31,995 nucleotides of DNA from a virus (taxonomy: Duplodnaviria; Caudoviricetes). The stretch lies in the IMG/VR virus record IMGVR_UViG_3300020181_000318, positions 1 to 31,995 of that record. One strand, given 5' to 3'. Shown here piece after piece: positions 8,658-16,917 of the stretch. The first letter of the stretch is position 1. The number at the start of each line of letters is the position of its first letter. Under the pieces are notes generated by a model. The model had not been told where the DNA came from. It was given only the letters and a program-made list of their open reading frames with translations, and did not search any database. The position numbers and the translations under genes were made by a program.

Positions 8658-9419
8658 TCAGTACCCGAACGCGACGTAGGTGAACGTCACCGCCGCGCCC
8701 GCGCCCAACGTGGCTCCCGAGCCGGAGTTGAACACGTAGACCTTGAACCCGCTGGCGGTGAAGCTGCCGGGGTAGATGCCGATGTTGCTGCCGCCCGGGG
8801 TGCCCGACACCCACGTGGCCACCGCCGCGAGCGTCTGGTTGAGGAACGGCGCGGTGTAGGTGACGGTGATCTGCCCGCTGGCGTCGGTGGTGCCCGAGTA
8901 GCCGGACGCGCCGCTGCTGCCGCGCGCCTGGATGCTCGCCCACGTCGGGATCGCCGTGCCATCGGTACGCCGGCCGAACTCGCTCGGGATCGCCACACCG
9001 GTGCTCGGAGCCCACCCGCCCAGCGTGCGCTCCACGACGACGTTCTCGTCGAGCACCAGTGCCCGCTGGCCCACGAACGGGTCGGCCGGCAGGCTGGCCC
9101 GCGTGTAGTCGCGGATCAGGTCCCGCACGGTGACCGAGTCGATGACCTGGGTGTTCTCCGGCCACGCCAGCGCGGTCGTGCCCTCGCGTCCCCGGACCAC
9201 GGTGACGGTCTGGCTGCCCGCCGCGTGCCCGGTGATCCAGACGACCTCCTTGAGGCCGCTGGTGGGGTTGTGCAGCACCAGCGGCTGGTAGGTGGTCGTC
9301 GTGTAGCCCGTGCCCAGGCTGGCGAACGCCGCCGAGGAGATGGTCGTGTCGGACACGGACGCGGCCAGCGCCAACGACCCGAACACATAGTCCCTGTGAA
9401 TCCGCTGCTCGTAGACCAT
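8658..9419 (-). CDS. Tail fibre / receptor-binding-like protein
   Basis: Beta-rich; EVVWIT...TVVRGREGTTA..W N-terminal motif and ITVTYTAPF...TASGF...YVAFG C-terminal motif. Confidence 0.65.
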   Translation of the reverse strand: MVYEQRIHRDYVFGSLALAASVSDTTISSAAFASLGTGYTTTTYQPLVLHNPTSGLKEVVWITGHAAGSQTVTVVRGREGTTALAWPENTQVIDSVTVRDLIRDYTRASLPADPFVGQRALVLDENVVVERTLGGWAPSTGVAIPSEFGRRTDGTAIPTWASIQARGSSGASGYSGTTDASGQITVTYTAPFLNQTLAAVATWVSGTPGGSNIGIYPGSFTASGFKVYVFNSGSGATLGAGAAVTFTYVAFGY

Positions 9420-12400
9420 CAGGGCCTCCGTCGTCTGGTGATGGCGGAGCCCGCCAGATCAAGTTCGGACCGCACCTCGCCGCGCACCCGGCCGAGGAAC
9501 TCGCCGCTGTCGAGGTACAGCTCGCCGGTGAACTGGCCGCCCTCGCTGCGGCCGAGCGTCGACCACTGCTCGCTTGTGAGCACCGGTTCCGGCCGGCCGG
9601 TGCCGTTGTAGACCGTCGAGTAGCCCGGCGGCAGGTAGCCGCCCTGGTCGAAGGCCCAGTGCACGTGATCGTGGTGATCGGCCTGCGTCTGGGCGTTGTA
9701 GGTGAACGGCGCGCCGTTGAGCAGGTTGACGCCCGGCGTGTAGATCAACTGTGTGGAGTTGGGGTAGACCTTCGCGATCCATGAGTTGATCGCGCCCATC
9801 GGCCCGGCGATGTCGATCGCCCGGCCCTTGCCGTGGTAGCCCGGGTCACCCGGCCGGAACGAGGAGGTCAGAATCGCCGCGGGGAACTGGGCACGGATGA
9901 TGTTCCACATCTGCTGCCAGCCCATCGGCGACCCACCAGCAGCACCCGCCGCCGCAGCAGCGGCGTCGCTGGAGAACCCGAAGAACTCCTTGACCTTGCC
10001 CCACAGCCACGATGCGCCGTCACCGATCAGCTTCGCCGGTGACCGGGCCAGGAGGTCCGCCCAGCCGGTCGACCCGATCTGGGCCTTGATGAACTCGACC
10101 GGGTCCGTCCACAGGCGCACGATGTCGTCGCCGATGCCCGAGACCCAGTTGAGCAGGCTGCCGACGATGCCGCCGCCGGCGAACCGTTGCACCACCCCGC
10201 CACCGGAGTAGCCCCCGCCCGGCGGCCGGCCGGACGCGGCGGCGTTCGCGGCGAGGATGTTCGCCGGGCCGATCTCGCGCACCAGCTCGGGCACCAGCAC
10301 CGCCTCGCCCGGCGACAGCAGCGCCCGCACACTGTCCACCCCGGGCGCGTAGCCGGGCAGCACCCCGCCGCCGGCCATCGCCAGCATCCGCCCGCCCGAC
10401 GAACCGGACGACCCGCCGAAGCTGATCGGGCCCAGCTCGCCCAGGCCGACGAGCCCGGCGACCTTGTTCCACACCGCGCGGATGCCGTCGTTGTAGACCA
10501 CGTCGATGATCCACTTGATCGGCGTGGACAGGATGTCGTACACCCGGTCCCACGCCGACTGGATGAAGTCCACGGCCGCGCCGAACGCCGAGCCCACCGC
10601 GCCGACGGCGGTCTTGACCGCGTCGAACACCGGCCGGATCACGTTCTCCCACACCCACGAGATCGCCGCGCCCAGCGCGTCCCACGCAGGCTTGATCAGG
10701 TTGTTCCAGGCCCACGAGAACGCCTCGCCCACTGCGGCGACCGCCGCGCCGATCGCCGCGCCGACCGGCTGGATGACGTTGACCCACAGCCAGTCGAAGA
10801 TCAGGCCCCAGGCGCGGACCGTGGCGACGATGTGGTTCACCACGGGCTGGACGATGTTGGTCCACAGCCACGACAGGGCGGTGCCGATCGCCGAGAGCGC
10901 CGGGGAGATCGCGTTGGTCCACAGCCACGAGAAGATCGCCGCCCACGCGCGCACCGAGGCGACGATCGAGTCGACGACCGGCGACAGGATCGTGGTCCAC
11001 AGCCACGTCGCCGCCGCGCCGATCGCCGAGAACACCGGGGACAGGACGGTGGTCCACAACCAGGTCGCGACCGCCGCGAAAGCCCTGAACGCCAACACGA
11101 CCGGCGTGACCAGGATCGTGACGATCACCGCGCCGAGGAACCGCACCGCGAGGCTGATCGCGTCGAACACCGGCTGCAGGATCGTGGTCCACAGCCACGT
11201 CGCCGCCGCGGCGATGCCCTGCCAGGCGGGGACGAAGACGTTCTGCCACAACCACATCGCGGCATCGCCAACCCACCTGAGCGCTGCGACAATACCGTCG
11301 AACGCCGGCTTGAGCGCGTTGTCCCACACCCACAGCGCGGCGGTGCTGATCGCGCCCCACACGACCTTCCACAGGTCCTGGAACCAGGTGGTCTGGGTGG
11401 CGATCCACACGATCGCGGCCACCACCGCGGCGATCGCCACCACGATCAGCCCGATGGGGTTGGCGGCCATGGCGGCGTTGAGCGCCCACTGCGCCGCCGC
11501 CCACGCCTGGTACCAGCGGATGATCGAGGAGACGATGTTGTAGCCGCGCAGCGCCACCGATCCGGCCAAGAACCCTGCGGCGAGCACCGGAAGCGCTGGT
11601 GACAGCCACGTGATCAGCTCTGCCAGCGGCGGTAGGACCACTGCCGCCAGCTGGGCCAGGTCGACCACCAGCGGGGCCAGTGCGACCGCGGCCGCGGAGA
11701 ACCCGGCCGCGACGGCCGGTAGCTGCGGGCCGACCGCGATGATCCCCTCGAACACGGCGGCCGCCACGGCCTGCAGACCGGGCAGCAGTGCGGTCACGAC
11801 CTGGCGGACGGTGGAGAACAGGACCGCCAGGGCCTGCGTGCCCTGCGCGGACTGCAGCATCGCCAGCACCGAGCCGGTGACCTGGTTCAGGGTGTCCAGC
11901 AGCCCGCCGCCCTCGGTGCGGGCGGCGCCGAGGACGGTGTTGATGATGCCGCCGACTTGTGAGAACAGCGTGCCGAACTGGGACAGGACATCCAGACCGG
12001 TCCGGATCCACTGCTCCAGCTGCCCGGTCGCGCGGGCGTCGGCGACGAACGCCGCCACGCCCTGCGCAGCCTCCGCCCAGCCGCCGGTCATGTCACCGAG
12101 CACCAGCGCGCCGACCACGCCGACGTCCCGCAGAACCTGCACCAGCGGCACCGCCGCCGCGGTGACGCCGTCCACCGCCCGCTGGGTCTGGTCCAGGATC
12201 AGGCGGACGTCGTCCACGGTCTGCCCCGACGCGGCGAACCCTGCCACGCCGTCCCGGGCCCGGCCAAAGCTGGCGGCCACGGCGGGCAGTTCGGTGCGCA
12301 GCAGCGGCAGGTACACCGCCGCCAGTTCTTCGATCTCCTCGGCGGCCCCGGCCAGCAGGCCCTGCTGCACGTCGTTGCGCAGCCCGATCAGCTCCGGCCG

Positions 12401-13252
12401 CAGGTCCCGGATCGCGATCGCCGCGGCCTGACCGGCCGGGGACAGCTCGGCGATGGCCTCGGCGAACTTCTCCGGGTCGTTCCACTCCTTGACGGCGTCG
12501 GCCAGGCCGGACACGCCCAGTTTGAGCACCCCGACTGCCACCCCGCCCGCGAGCAGCGCGCCGGGCAGCAGCAGTGCCGCGCCGCCGGCCTGCGCGGTGG
12601 CCGCCGCCAGCCCCGCCACCGCGGGCGCGGCCGACCCGAGCGCCACCGCGGACGACGCGGCCGAGGTCGCCGACACCCCGAACCGCGCCAGGGTCTTGGC
12701 GCCGGTGTCGATCCGGGAGGAGTCGATGCGCTCCATCGACGCGGCCAGGCGCACGATGACCCGCTCGGCGCGGTCGGACTCCTCGCCCAGCACCTTCGCC
12801 CGCGCGGCGGCGGCGGCCTGGGCCTGGTCGAGGTGGGCGGTGGTGCCGGCGGTAACCCGCTGCGCGGCCTCCAGCTTCCGCTGCGCGGTGGCCAGCCGCT
12901 CCTCCGCGACGGCCTTCTGCGCCGCGCTGGCCGTGCCCTTGTCGCGCACCGCCTTGAGCTGCTCTTCGGCGACCCTGACCTTGCCGGCGGCGTCGGCCTC
13001 CTTGTCCTTCGCCGCCACCAGGGCCGCGGAGACCTTCTCCACCTCGGCCTTGGCCTGCTCCAGCCCGTCGGTCATGGCCGCGGCCATGTCGCGGCCCACG
13101 TGGCGGGTGGCGCCGGTCAGCTCCTTGGCCGCGGCCTGCCCGGCCTTGCGCCCGGCGCCGGTGGCCTCCTTGACCATGGTGGTGGCGAACCCGCGCATCG
13201 AGGGCAGGACATCGACCCAGACGGCGTCGGTTGTCGAGGGGGCCACGGGCAC
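9419..13252 (-). CDS. Tape measure protein with C-terminal M15-like metallopeptidase motif
   Basis: 1277 aa, Ala-rich helical with periodic Trp/Phe repeats; follows tail chaperones; SSFRPGDPGYHGKGRAID...HHDHVH. Confidence 0.95.
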   Translation of the reverse strand: MPVAPSTTDAVWVDVLPSMRGFATTMVKEATGAGRKAGQAAAKELTGATRHVGRDMAAAMTDGLEQAKAEVEKVSAALVAAKDKEADAAGKVRVAEEQLKAVRDKGTASAAQKAVAEERLATAQRKLEAAQRVTAGTTAHLDQAQAAAAARAKVLGEESDRAERVIVRLAASMERIDSSRIDTGAKTLARFGVSATSAASSAVALGSAAPAVAGLAAATAQAGGAALLLPGALLAGGVAVGVLKLGVSGLADAVKEWNDPEKFAEAIAELSPAGQAAAIAIRDLRPELIGLRNDVQQGLLAGAAEEIEELAAVYLPLLRTELPAVAASFGRARDGVAGFAASGQTVDDVRLILDQTQRAVDGVTAAAVPLVQVLRDVGVVGALVLGDMTGGWAEAAQGVAAFVADARATGQLEQWIRTGLDVLSQFGTLFSQVGGIINTVLGAARTEGGGLLDTLNQVTGSVLAMLQSAQGTQALAVLFSTVRQVVTALLPGLQAVAAAVFEGIIAVGPQLPAVAAGFSAAAVALAPLVVDLAQLAAVVLPPLAELITWLSPALPVLAAGFLAGSVALRGYNIVSSIIRWYQAWAAAQWALNAAMAANPIGLIVVAIAAVVAAIVWIATQTTWFQDLWKVVWGAISTAALWVWDNALKPAFDGIVAALRWVGDAAMWLWQNVFVPAWQGIAAAATWLWTTILQPVFDAISLAVRFLGAVIVTILVTPVVLAFRAFAAVATWLWTTVLSPVFSAIGAAATWLWTTILSPVVDSIVASVRAWAAIFSWLWTNAISPALSAIGTALSWLWTNIVQPVVNHIVATVRAWGLIFDWLWVNVIQPVGAAIGAAVAAVGEAFSWAWNNLIKPAWDALGAAISWVWENVIRPVFDAVKTAVGAVGSAFGAAVDFIQSAWDRVYDILSTPIKWIIDVVYNDGIRAVWNKVAGLVGLGELGPISFGGSSGSSGGRMLAMAGGGVLPGYAPGVDSVRALLSPGEAVLVPELVREIGPANILAANAAASGRPPGGGYSGGGVVQRFAGGGIVGSLLNWVSGIGDDIVRLWTDPVEFIKAQIGSTGWADLLARSPAKLIGDGASWLWGKVKEFFGFSSDAAAAAAGAAGGSPMGWQQMWNIIRAQFPAAILTSSFRPGDPGYHGKGRAIDIAGPMGAINSWIAKVYPNSTQLIYTPGVNLLNGAPFTYNAQTQADHHDHVHWAFDQGGYLPPGYSTVYNGTGRPEPVLTSEQWSTLGRSEGGQFTGELYLDSGEFLGRVRGEVRSELDLAGSAITRRRRP

Positions 13253-13262
13253 CCCCTTCGGG

Positions 13263-13787
13263 TCACAGCTGGTCGTGCAGGCGGGTCAGGACGTCGACGG
13301 TGTTCTCGGTGGCGCGTCGGTGGCCGTCCACCGCTGCCTGCAGCCCGCGCACCTGCGCAGACGGCGGCGGTGGGGGTGTGGGCCGTGGTGTCGGCGCGCC
13401 CGCGGGTTTGAGACTGTCCAGGTACGCCTTGACGTCGGCCACCGACCGGCCGCCCCGATCGCCCATCGGCTTGGGGCCCGCGCCCGGACGGGGCACCGGC
13501 TTGGGCACCTTGGCCTTGCCGCCCAGCGCGCGCACGGTGGCCGCGGTGTTCTCACCGATGCGGTCCACGACCGCGGCCAGCAGGTATTCCAGGTCGCCCC
13601 ACGCGTGGCCCCGCAGCTTGCGGGTGCGCGCGTTGCCCGGCGGCAGGTTCTCCACCATCACCCGCAGCAGCCGCAGGCTGATCTCCCCGCGCCAGTACTC
13701 CGCCAGCGGGTTGCCGCCGTACTCGGCGATCAGCGCCGCTTCGGTCGCTTCCTCGACGCCCGCGAGGAGGTCGAGCGCCGAGTAGGG
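13263..13787 (-). CDS. Tail assembly chaperone, -1 frame portion (gpT-like part of G-T fusion)
   Basis: Open -1 frame from CCC TAC at 13787: PYSALDLLAGVEEATEAALIAEYGGNPLAEYWRGEISLRLLRVMVENLPP...; no convincing RBS/start of its own. Confidence 0.8.
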   Translation of the reverse strand, partial: PYSALDLLAGVEEATEAALIAEYGGNPLAEYWRGEISLRLLRVMVENLPPGNARTRKLRGHAWGDLEYLLAAVVDRIGENTAATVRALGGKAKVPKPVPRPGAGPKPMGDRGGRSVADVKAYLDSLKPAGAPTPRPTPPPPPSAQVRGLQAAVDGHRRATENTVDVLTRLHDQL

Positions 13788-14080
13788 CGTCCCTGCGGGT
13801 CCACGTCGGCGAAGTCCTCCTGGGCCTTGCGCATCAGCAGGCCGATGAACGACGCCCGGCCGCCGAGCTCACGGAACCGCTCGTACTGCTCCTCGCCGAG
13901 GACGAACTGCCCCATCTCCACGTCGGAGGTGATGTCGGCGAGTTCGTCCTTCCACTCGTCGTCGGCCAGCAGGGGGTGCGGCATGGTGAAGGTCTCGCCA
14001 CCGAAGGTGAAGGTGATGTCGTCGCCGCCGGTGGCGTCGCGGTGCTGGGCGACGATGGCGTCGAGGTCGTACTCGGACAC
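13730..14080 (-). CDS. Tail assembly chaperone (gpG-like)
   Basis: Between major tail and tape measure; RBS AGGAG before GTG 14080; acidic body then basic RPTRRSTSSRASRKRPKRR tail. Confidence 0.85.
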   Translation of the reverse strand: MSEYDLDAIVAQHRDATGGDDITFTFGGETFTMPHPLLADDEWKDELADITSDVEMGQFVLGEEQYERFRELGGRASFIGLLMRKAQEDFADVDPQGRPTRRSTSSRASRKRPKRR

Positions 14081-14101
14081 GATGGTGCTCCTGTTCAGGC
14101 G

Positions 14102-14161
14102 GGCCGGCGGGCCTGGGAAGGGGATCGGCGCATCAGGCCCGCCAGCCATGCGCCGATCCCC
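14102..14161 (-). other. Interleaved double inverted repeat (pseudoknot-like RNA element)
   Basis: 14-bp perfect stem 14120-14133/14148-14161; its 14-nt loop 14134-14147 is complementary to 14102-14115 (one G-U on the minus strand). Confidence 0.75.
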
Positions 14162-14173
14162 GCTCGAGGGGCG

Positions 14174-14749
14174 TTACGGGGTGGGGAGGGTCCAGCCCTC
14201 CTTGAACATCCGGCGCACGCTGATGCCGTCGGGGCCCTGGTAGCAGGTGATGGTCACCTCGTAGCCGATCAGCGTGTCGGACTTGTAGGTGATGTCGCCG
14301 CGCTCGGTGACCTCGGCGTACGGGGCGAGGATGCGGCGGTGGTAGACGCCGTCGATCACGTCGATGCCGAAGGAGCGCAGGTCCTGCTTGGGCTTGCCCT
14401 CCTCGTCGATGATGACGATGGTGTCCGCGCCGGTGCCGCTGGTGGTGGCGTCGTCGACGCCGACCTTGTAGTAGAGGCTGATCGTGTTCCAGTTCGTCTC
14501 CCACAGGGTCGCCTGGAACGTCACCACCGACCTGGTGATCTCGGTGCGGACCGGTGAGACGGTCTGCCAGGAGATGAACTCCTGCCGGTCTTCGTCCCGG
14601 CCTTCGACGATGCCGTCGTCGGAGATGTAGCCCAGGTCGGCGTAGCCGGCGCCCCACGCCTCCATGCCGGTGGGGAGGGTGGTGCCGATCGGGGCGACCC
14701 GCAGCGCCCCGGTGACACCCAGCCGCACGAGTTCAGCGTCGAGAGCCAT
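14174..14749 (-). CDS. Major tail protein
   Basis: LGYISDDGI...SWQ...VRT...ERGDITYK..LIGYEVTITCY motifs; RBS AAGGAG before ATG 14749. Confidence 0.92.
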   Translation of the reverse strand: MALDAELVRLGVTGALRVAPIGTTLPTGMEAWGAGYADLGYISDDGIVEGRDEDRQEFISWQTVSPVRTEITRSVVTFQATLWETNWNTISLYYKVGVDDATTSGTGADTIVIIDEEGKPKQDLRSFGIDVIDGVYHRRILAPYAEVTERGDITYKSDTLIGYEVTITCYQGPDGISVRRMFKEGWTLPTP

Positions 14750-14810
14750 CGTTTTCTCCTTGCAGCACAACGAGACCCGCACGCCTGTGGGGCCGAAGGG
14801 GTATGGGGTG

Positions 14811-15215
14811 TCAGGCGGGCCGCGCGGTGATCGACCACACCGCGCCGTAGCGGCGGATCCGCTGGTTGAAGTCGGGCCGGCGGGTCGCGGCCGGGGCCAC
14901 GACCTGGGTGACCCGGCCGTAGGTCGGATGCACGGCGCCGCGCAGCTCGGCTGCGGTGCCGGTGACCAGCAGCGCCAGGTCCAGCGCCGCGATCCGGGAC
15001 GGGCCGTAGAAGTCCACGTCCAGGTCCATCCGGTACACCTGGCTGGGGCCGTTCCAGCCGGGCGCGTCGGCCCGGCCGGGCAGGGAGTTGACCTGCACCA
15101 CCAGCGGGGTGCTGTCGTCGAACAGACCGTCGAGGTCCGTGGCCACCGTCAGGTCGGGCTGCCGGGCTTCCAGCCACCACACCAGCAGCGACTCGATGTC
15201 CGGCGGCGCGGTCAC
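14811..15215 (-). CDS. Tail terminator protein
   Basis: PDIESLLV.WL...LDVDFYG; directly upstream of major tail gene; GTGA overlap. Confidence 0.8.
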   Translation of the reverse strand: MTAPPDIESLLVWWLEARQPDLTVATDLDGLFDDSTPLVVQVNSLPGRADAPGWNGPSQVYRMDLDVDFYGPSRIAALDLALLVTGTAAELRGAVHPTYGRVTQVVAPAATRRPDFNQRIRRYGAVWSITARPA

Positions 15216-15388
15216 GACGCGGGCGGGGAGACGGGCTTGGTGGCCTTCTTCTCGGCGGTGACGTTGGCGTAGCGGGCCCGGCCGGTGCGCACCAGCGTGC
15301 GCGCCTCGTCGACCGGCACCTCCTCGCTGGTGCCCTGCTTGCGCTGGTCGCGGTGGAACACCCACTCGACCTTCACGGTGTCGGACAT
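15212..15388 (-). CDS. Small virion-associated protein (58 aa)
   Basis: RBS GAGGAG; EVPVDEARTLVRTGRARY motif. Confidence 0.7.
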   Translation of the reverse strand: MSDTVKVEWVFHRDQRKQGTSEEVPVDEARTLVRTGRARYANVTAEKKATKPVSPPAS

Positions 15389-15398
15389 GCGCTTCTCC

Positions 15399-15677
15399 TC
15401 ACACGGAGCGGGCCGCGCGCCCCAACAGGCGGCGGCGGGGGACTGCCTGGGTGCCGAACTCGCCCTCGGCGTCGGTGGACACCACCCGCGAGTACGGGCG
15501 GCCCTGCGGCCGGGTACCGGCCTCGGTGGAGATGTCGGCGTCACCATCCTCGGCGGCGTTCATCTGCCGCGCCCGCGTGGCGATCCGCGCGGCCTTCGCA
15601 GCGAGCGCGGCCCGCACCTGCGGGGACTGCACGACCCGCTGCCACGTGCGCCGCGACAGCCGGAACCGCGCGGCCAT
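15399..15677 (-). CDS. Neck/tail-completion protein (HK97 gp10-like)
   Basis: S.QVRAAL...A...EFGT....RRRLLGRA; synteny. Confidence 0.75.
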   Translation of the reverse strand: MAARFRLSRRTWQRVVQSPQVRAALAAKAARIATRARQMNAAEDGDADISTEAGTRPQGRPYSRVVSTDAEGEFGTQAVPRRRLLGRAARSV

Positions 15678-16027
15678 CAGCCGGTCACCCGCTGCAGGTC
15701 GAATTCCACGTGGTGCACCGCTCCGCGCCGGATGGGGTGCGGCCAGCGGCCGACCTCGCCGATCACCTCGCACACCACCCCGTTCTCCAGCCGGATCCGG
15801 TCCGAGGCGAGCACGTCCAGGTCGACCCCGGCCGGGCTGAACACCCGCCACCCGGTGATGACCTGGTCGCGGGGCTCGGTGGTGGACTCCCGGGAGGTGG
15901 CCGGTTGCACCGCCACCAGCTGCGGGAAGGTGTGCTCGGCGGCGTTGGGCCAGTCCCGGGTCTTGGACCCCAGCCGGCCCTCCACCAGCGGCGCCCGCAG
16001 CCGGGTGATCCGCTGGGTGTACATCAC
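15677..16027 (-). CDS. Head-to-tail stopper
   Basis: DW....VQP..S.E...DRI......EVIGE...HHVEFDLQRVTG; synteny. Confidence 0.85.
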   Translation of the reverse strand: MMYTQRITRLRAPLVEGRLGSKTRDWPNAAEHTFPQLVAVQPATSRESTTEPRDQVITGWRVFSPAGVDLDVLASDRIRLENGVVCEVIGEVGRWPHPIRRGAVHHVEFDLQRVTG

Positions 16028-16593
16028 GACCGGTCACCCCGGTTGAGCTGGTACTTCTCCACCGTCCGGGTCCAGGTGTCGGTCACCCCGACCACCGACG
16101 CCGACGAGCCGGTGGCGAAGCTCAGCGACTCGCCGCCCACCGTCATCGACGCCAACCCGGGTGTGACGTTGAGCGTCATCTCGGCCTTCTGTGACACCGC
16201 GTCCTGGATGTCGGCCGGCACGACGGTGTAGCCGTGGCTGTAGACCACGCGCACCGCGCGGAACCGGCGCGGCCACCCGCCGGCTCGCTCCAGCAGTCCG
16301 TCCTCCGACCAGTCGAAGTCCGTGCCCTCGGCCAACACGGCGCCGTCGACCTCCACGGTGGTGACCGCGGTGACCGGAGCGCACGGCAGCTGCAGCAGAG
16401 CCGTGCCGGTGCCGTCGAGCCGGACCTCCTCGGCCGCCACGTGCCGCACCGGGTGCCGCACCGCGCCCGCGAAGTCCCGGCTGGCCGAGCGCAGCGCATA
16501 CAGCAGCGTCGGGTCGTCGGCGGCCAGCCCGAGCTTGGCCGCCAGCTCGGCGGGGTCGGCCAGCAGTTCCGGGTCCTCGGCGGGCGCGGTCAC
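16024..16593 (-). CDS. Head-to-tail adaptor
   Basis: LDGTG...LQLP..PV..V..VEVDG...VVYSHGY..VPADI; synteny. Confidence 0.85.
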   Translation of the reverse strand: MTAPAEDPELLADPAELAAKLGLAADDPTLLYALRSASRDFAGAVRHPVRHVAAEEVRLDGTGTALLQLPCAPVTAVTTVEVDGAVLAEGTDFDWSEDGLLERAGGWPRRFRAVRVVYSHGYTVVPADIQDAVSQKAEMTLNVTPGLASMTVGGESLSFATGSSASVVGVTDTWTRTVEKYQLNRGDRS

Positions 16594-16599
16594 CAGCGC

Positions 16600-16914
16600 C
16601 TACTTGTTCTCGGTGCTCGTGCGGGCCTTGTTGCTGGTGCCGCGTGCCTTGGCCGAGGTGACCAGCGACTCCTGCTGCACACCGCCCTCGCCGCTGTCGG
16701 GGTCCTCGCCGAGCAGGCCCATGCGCTTCGCGTCGTGCTCGTTGAGCTGCATCGTGGTCCTGTTCCCGTCGACCTCGACCTCGTACTCCTTCAACTCGCC
16801 GCCCACGACGGCCACCTCCTGCCAGAGTTCATCCACGGGTGTGCTGTGAGTAGGGGTGCCGCAGGCGGCGTCGGGCGCGCTACAGACCGGGCACACCCGA
16901 CGCCGACCGAACAC
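16600..16914 (-). CDS. Hypothetical protein with N-terminal CPVC..C motif, downstream of capsid
   Basis: Fills the gap between capsid and adaptor genes; GC3-rich codons. Confidence 0.7.
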   Translation of the reverse strand: MFGRRRVCPVCSAPDAACGTPTHSTPVDELWQEVAVVGGELKEYEVEVDGNRTTMQLNEHDAKRMGLLGEDPDSGEGGVQQESLVTSAKARGTSNKARTSTENK

Positions 16915-16917
16915 GGC

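Noticed and set aside
10500-11400. Repeated GTCCACAGCCACG-like units as a CRISPR array or DGR repeats
   Set aside because: They encode the Trp-containing helical repeats of the tape measure protein; no spacers, cas or reverse transcriptase genes
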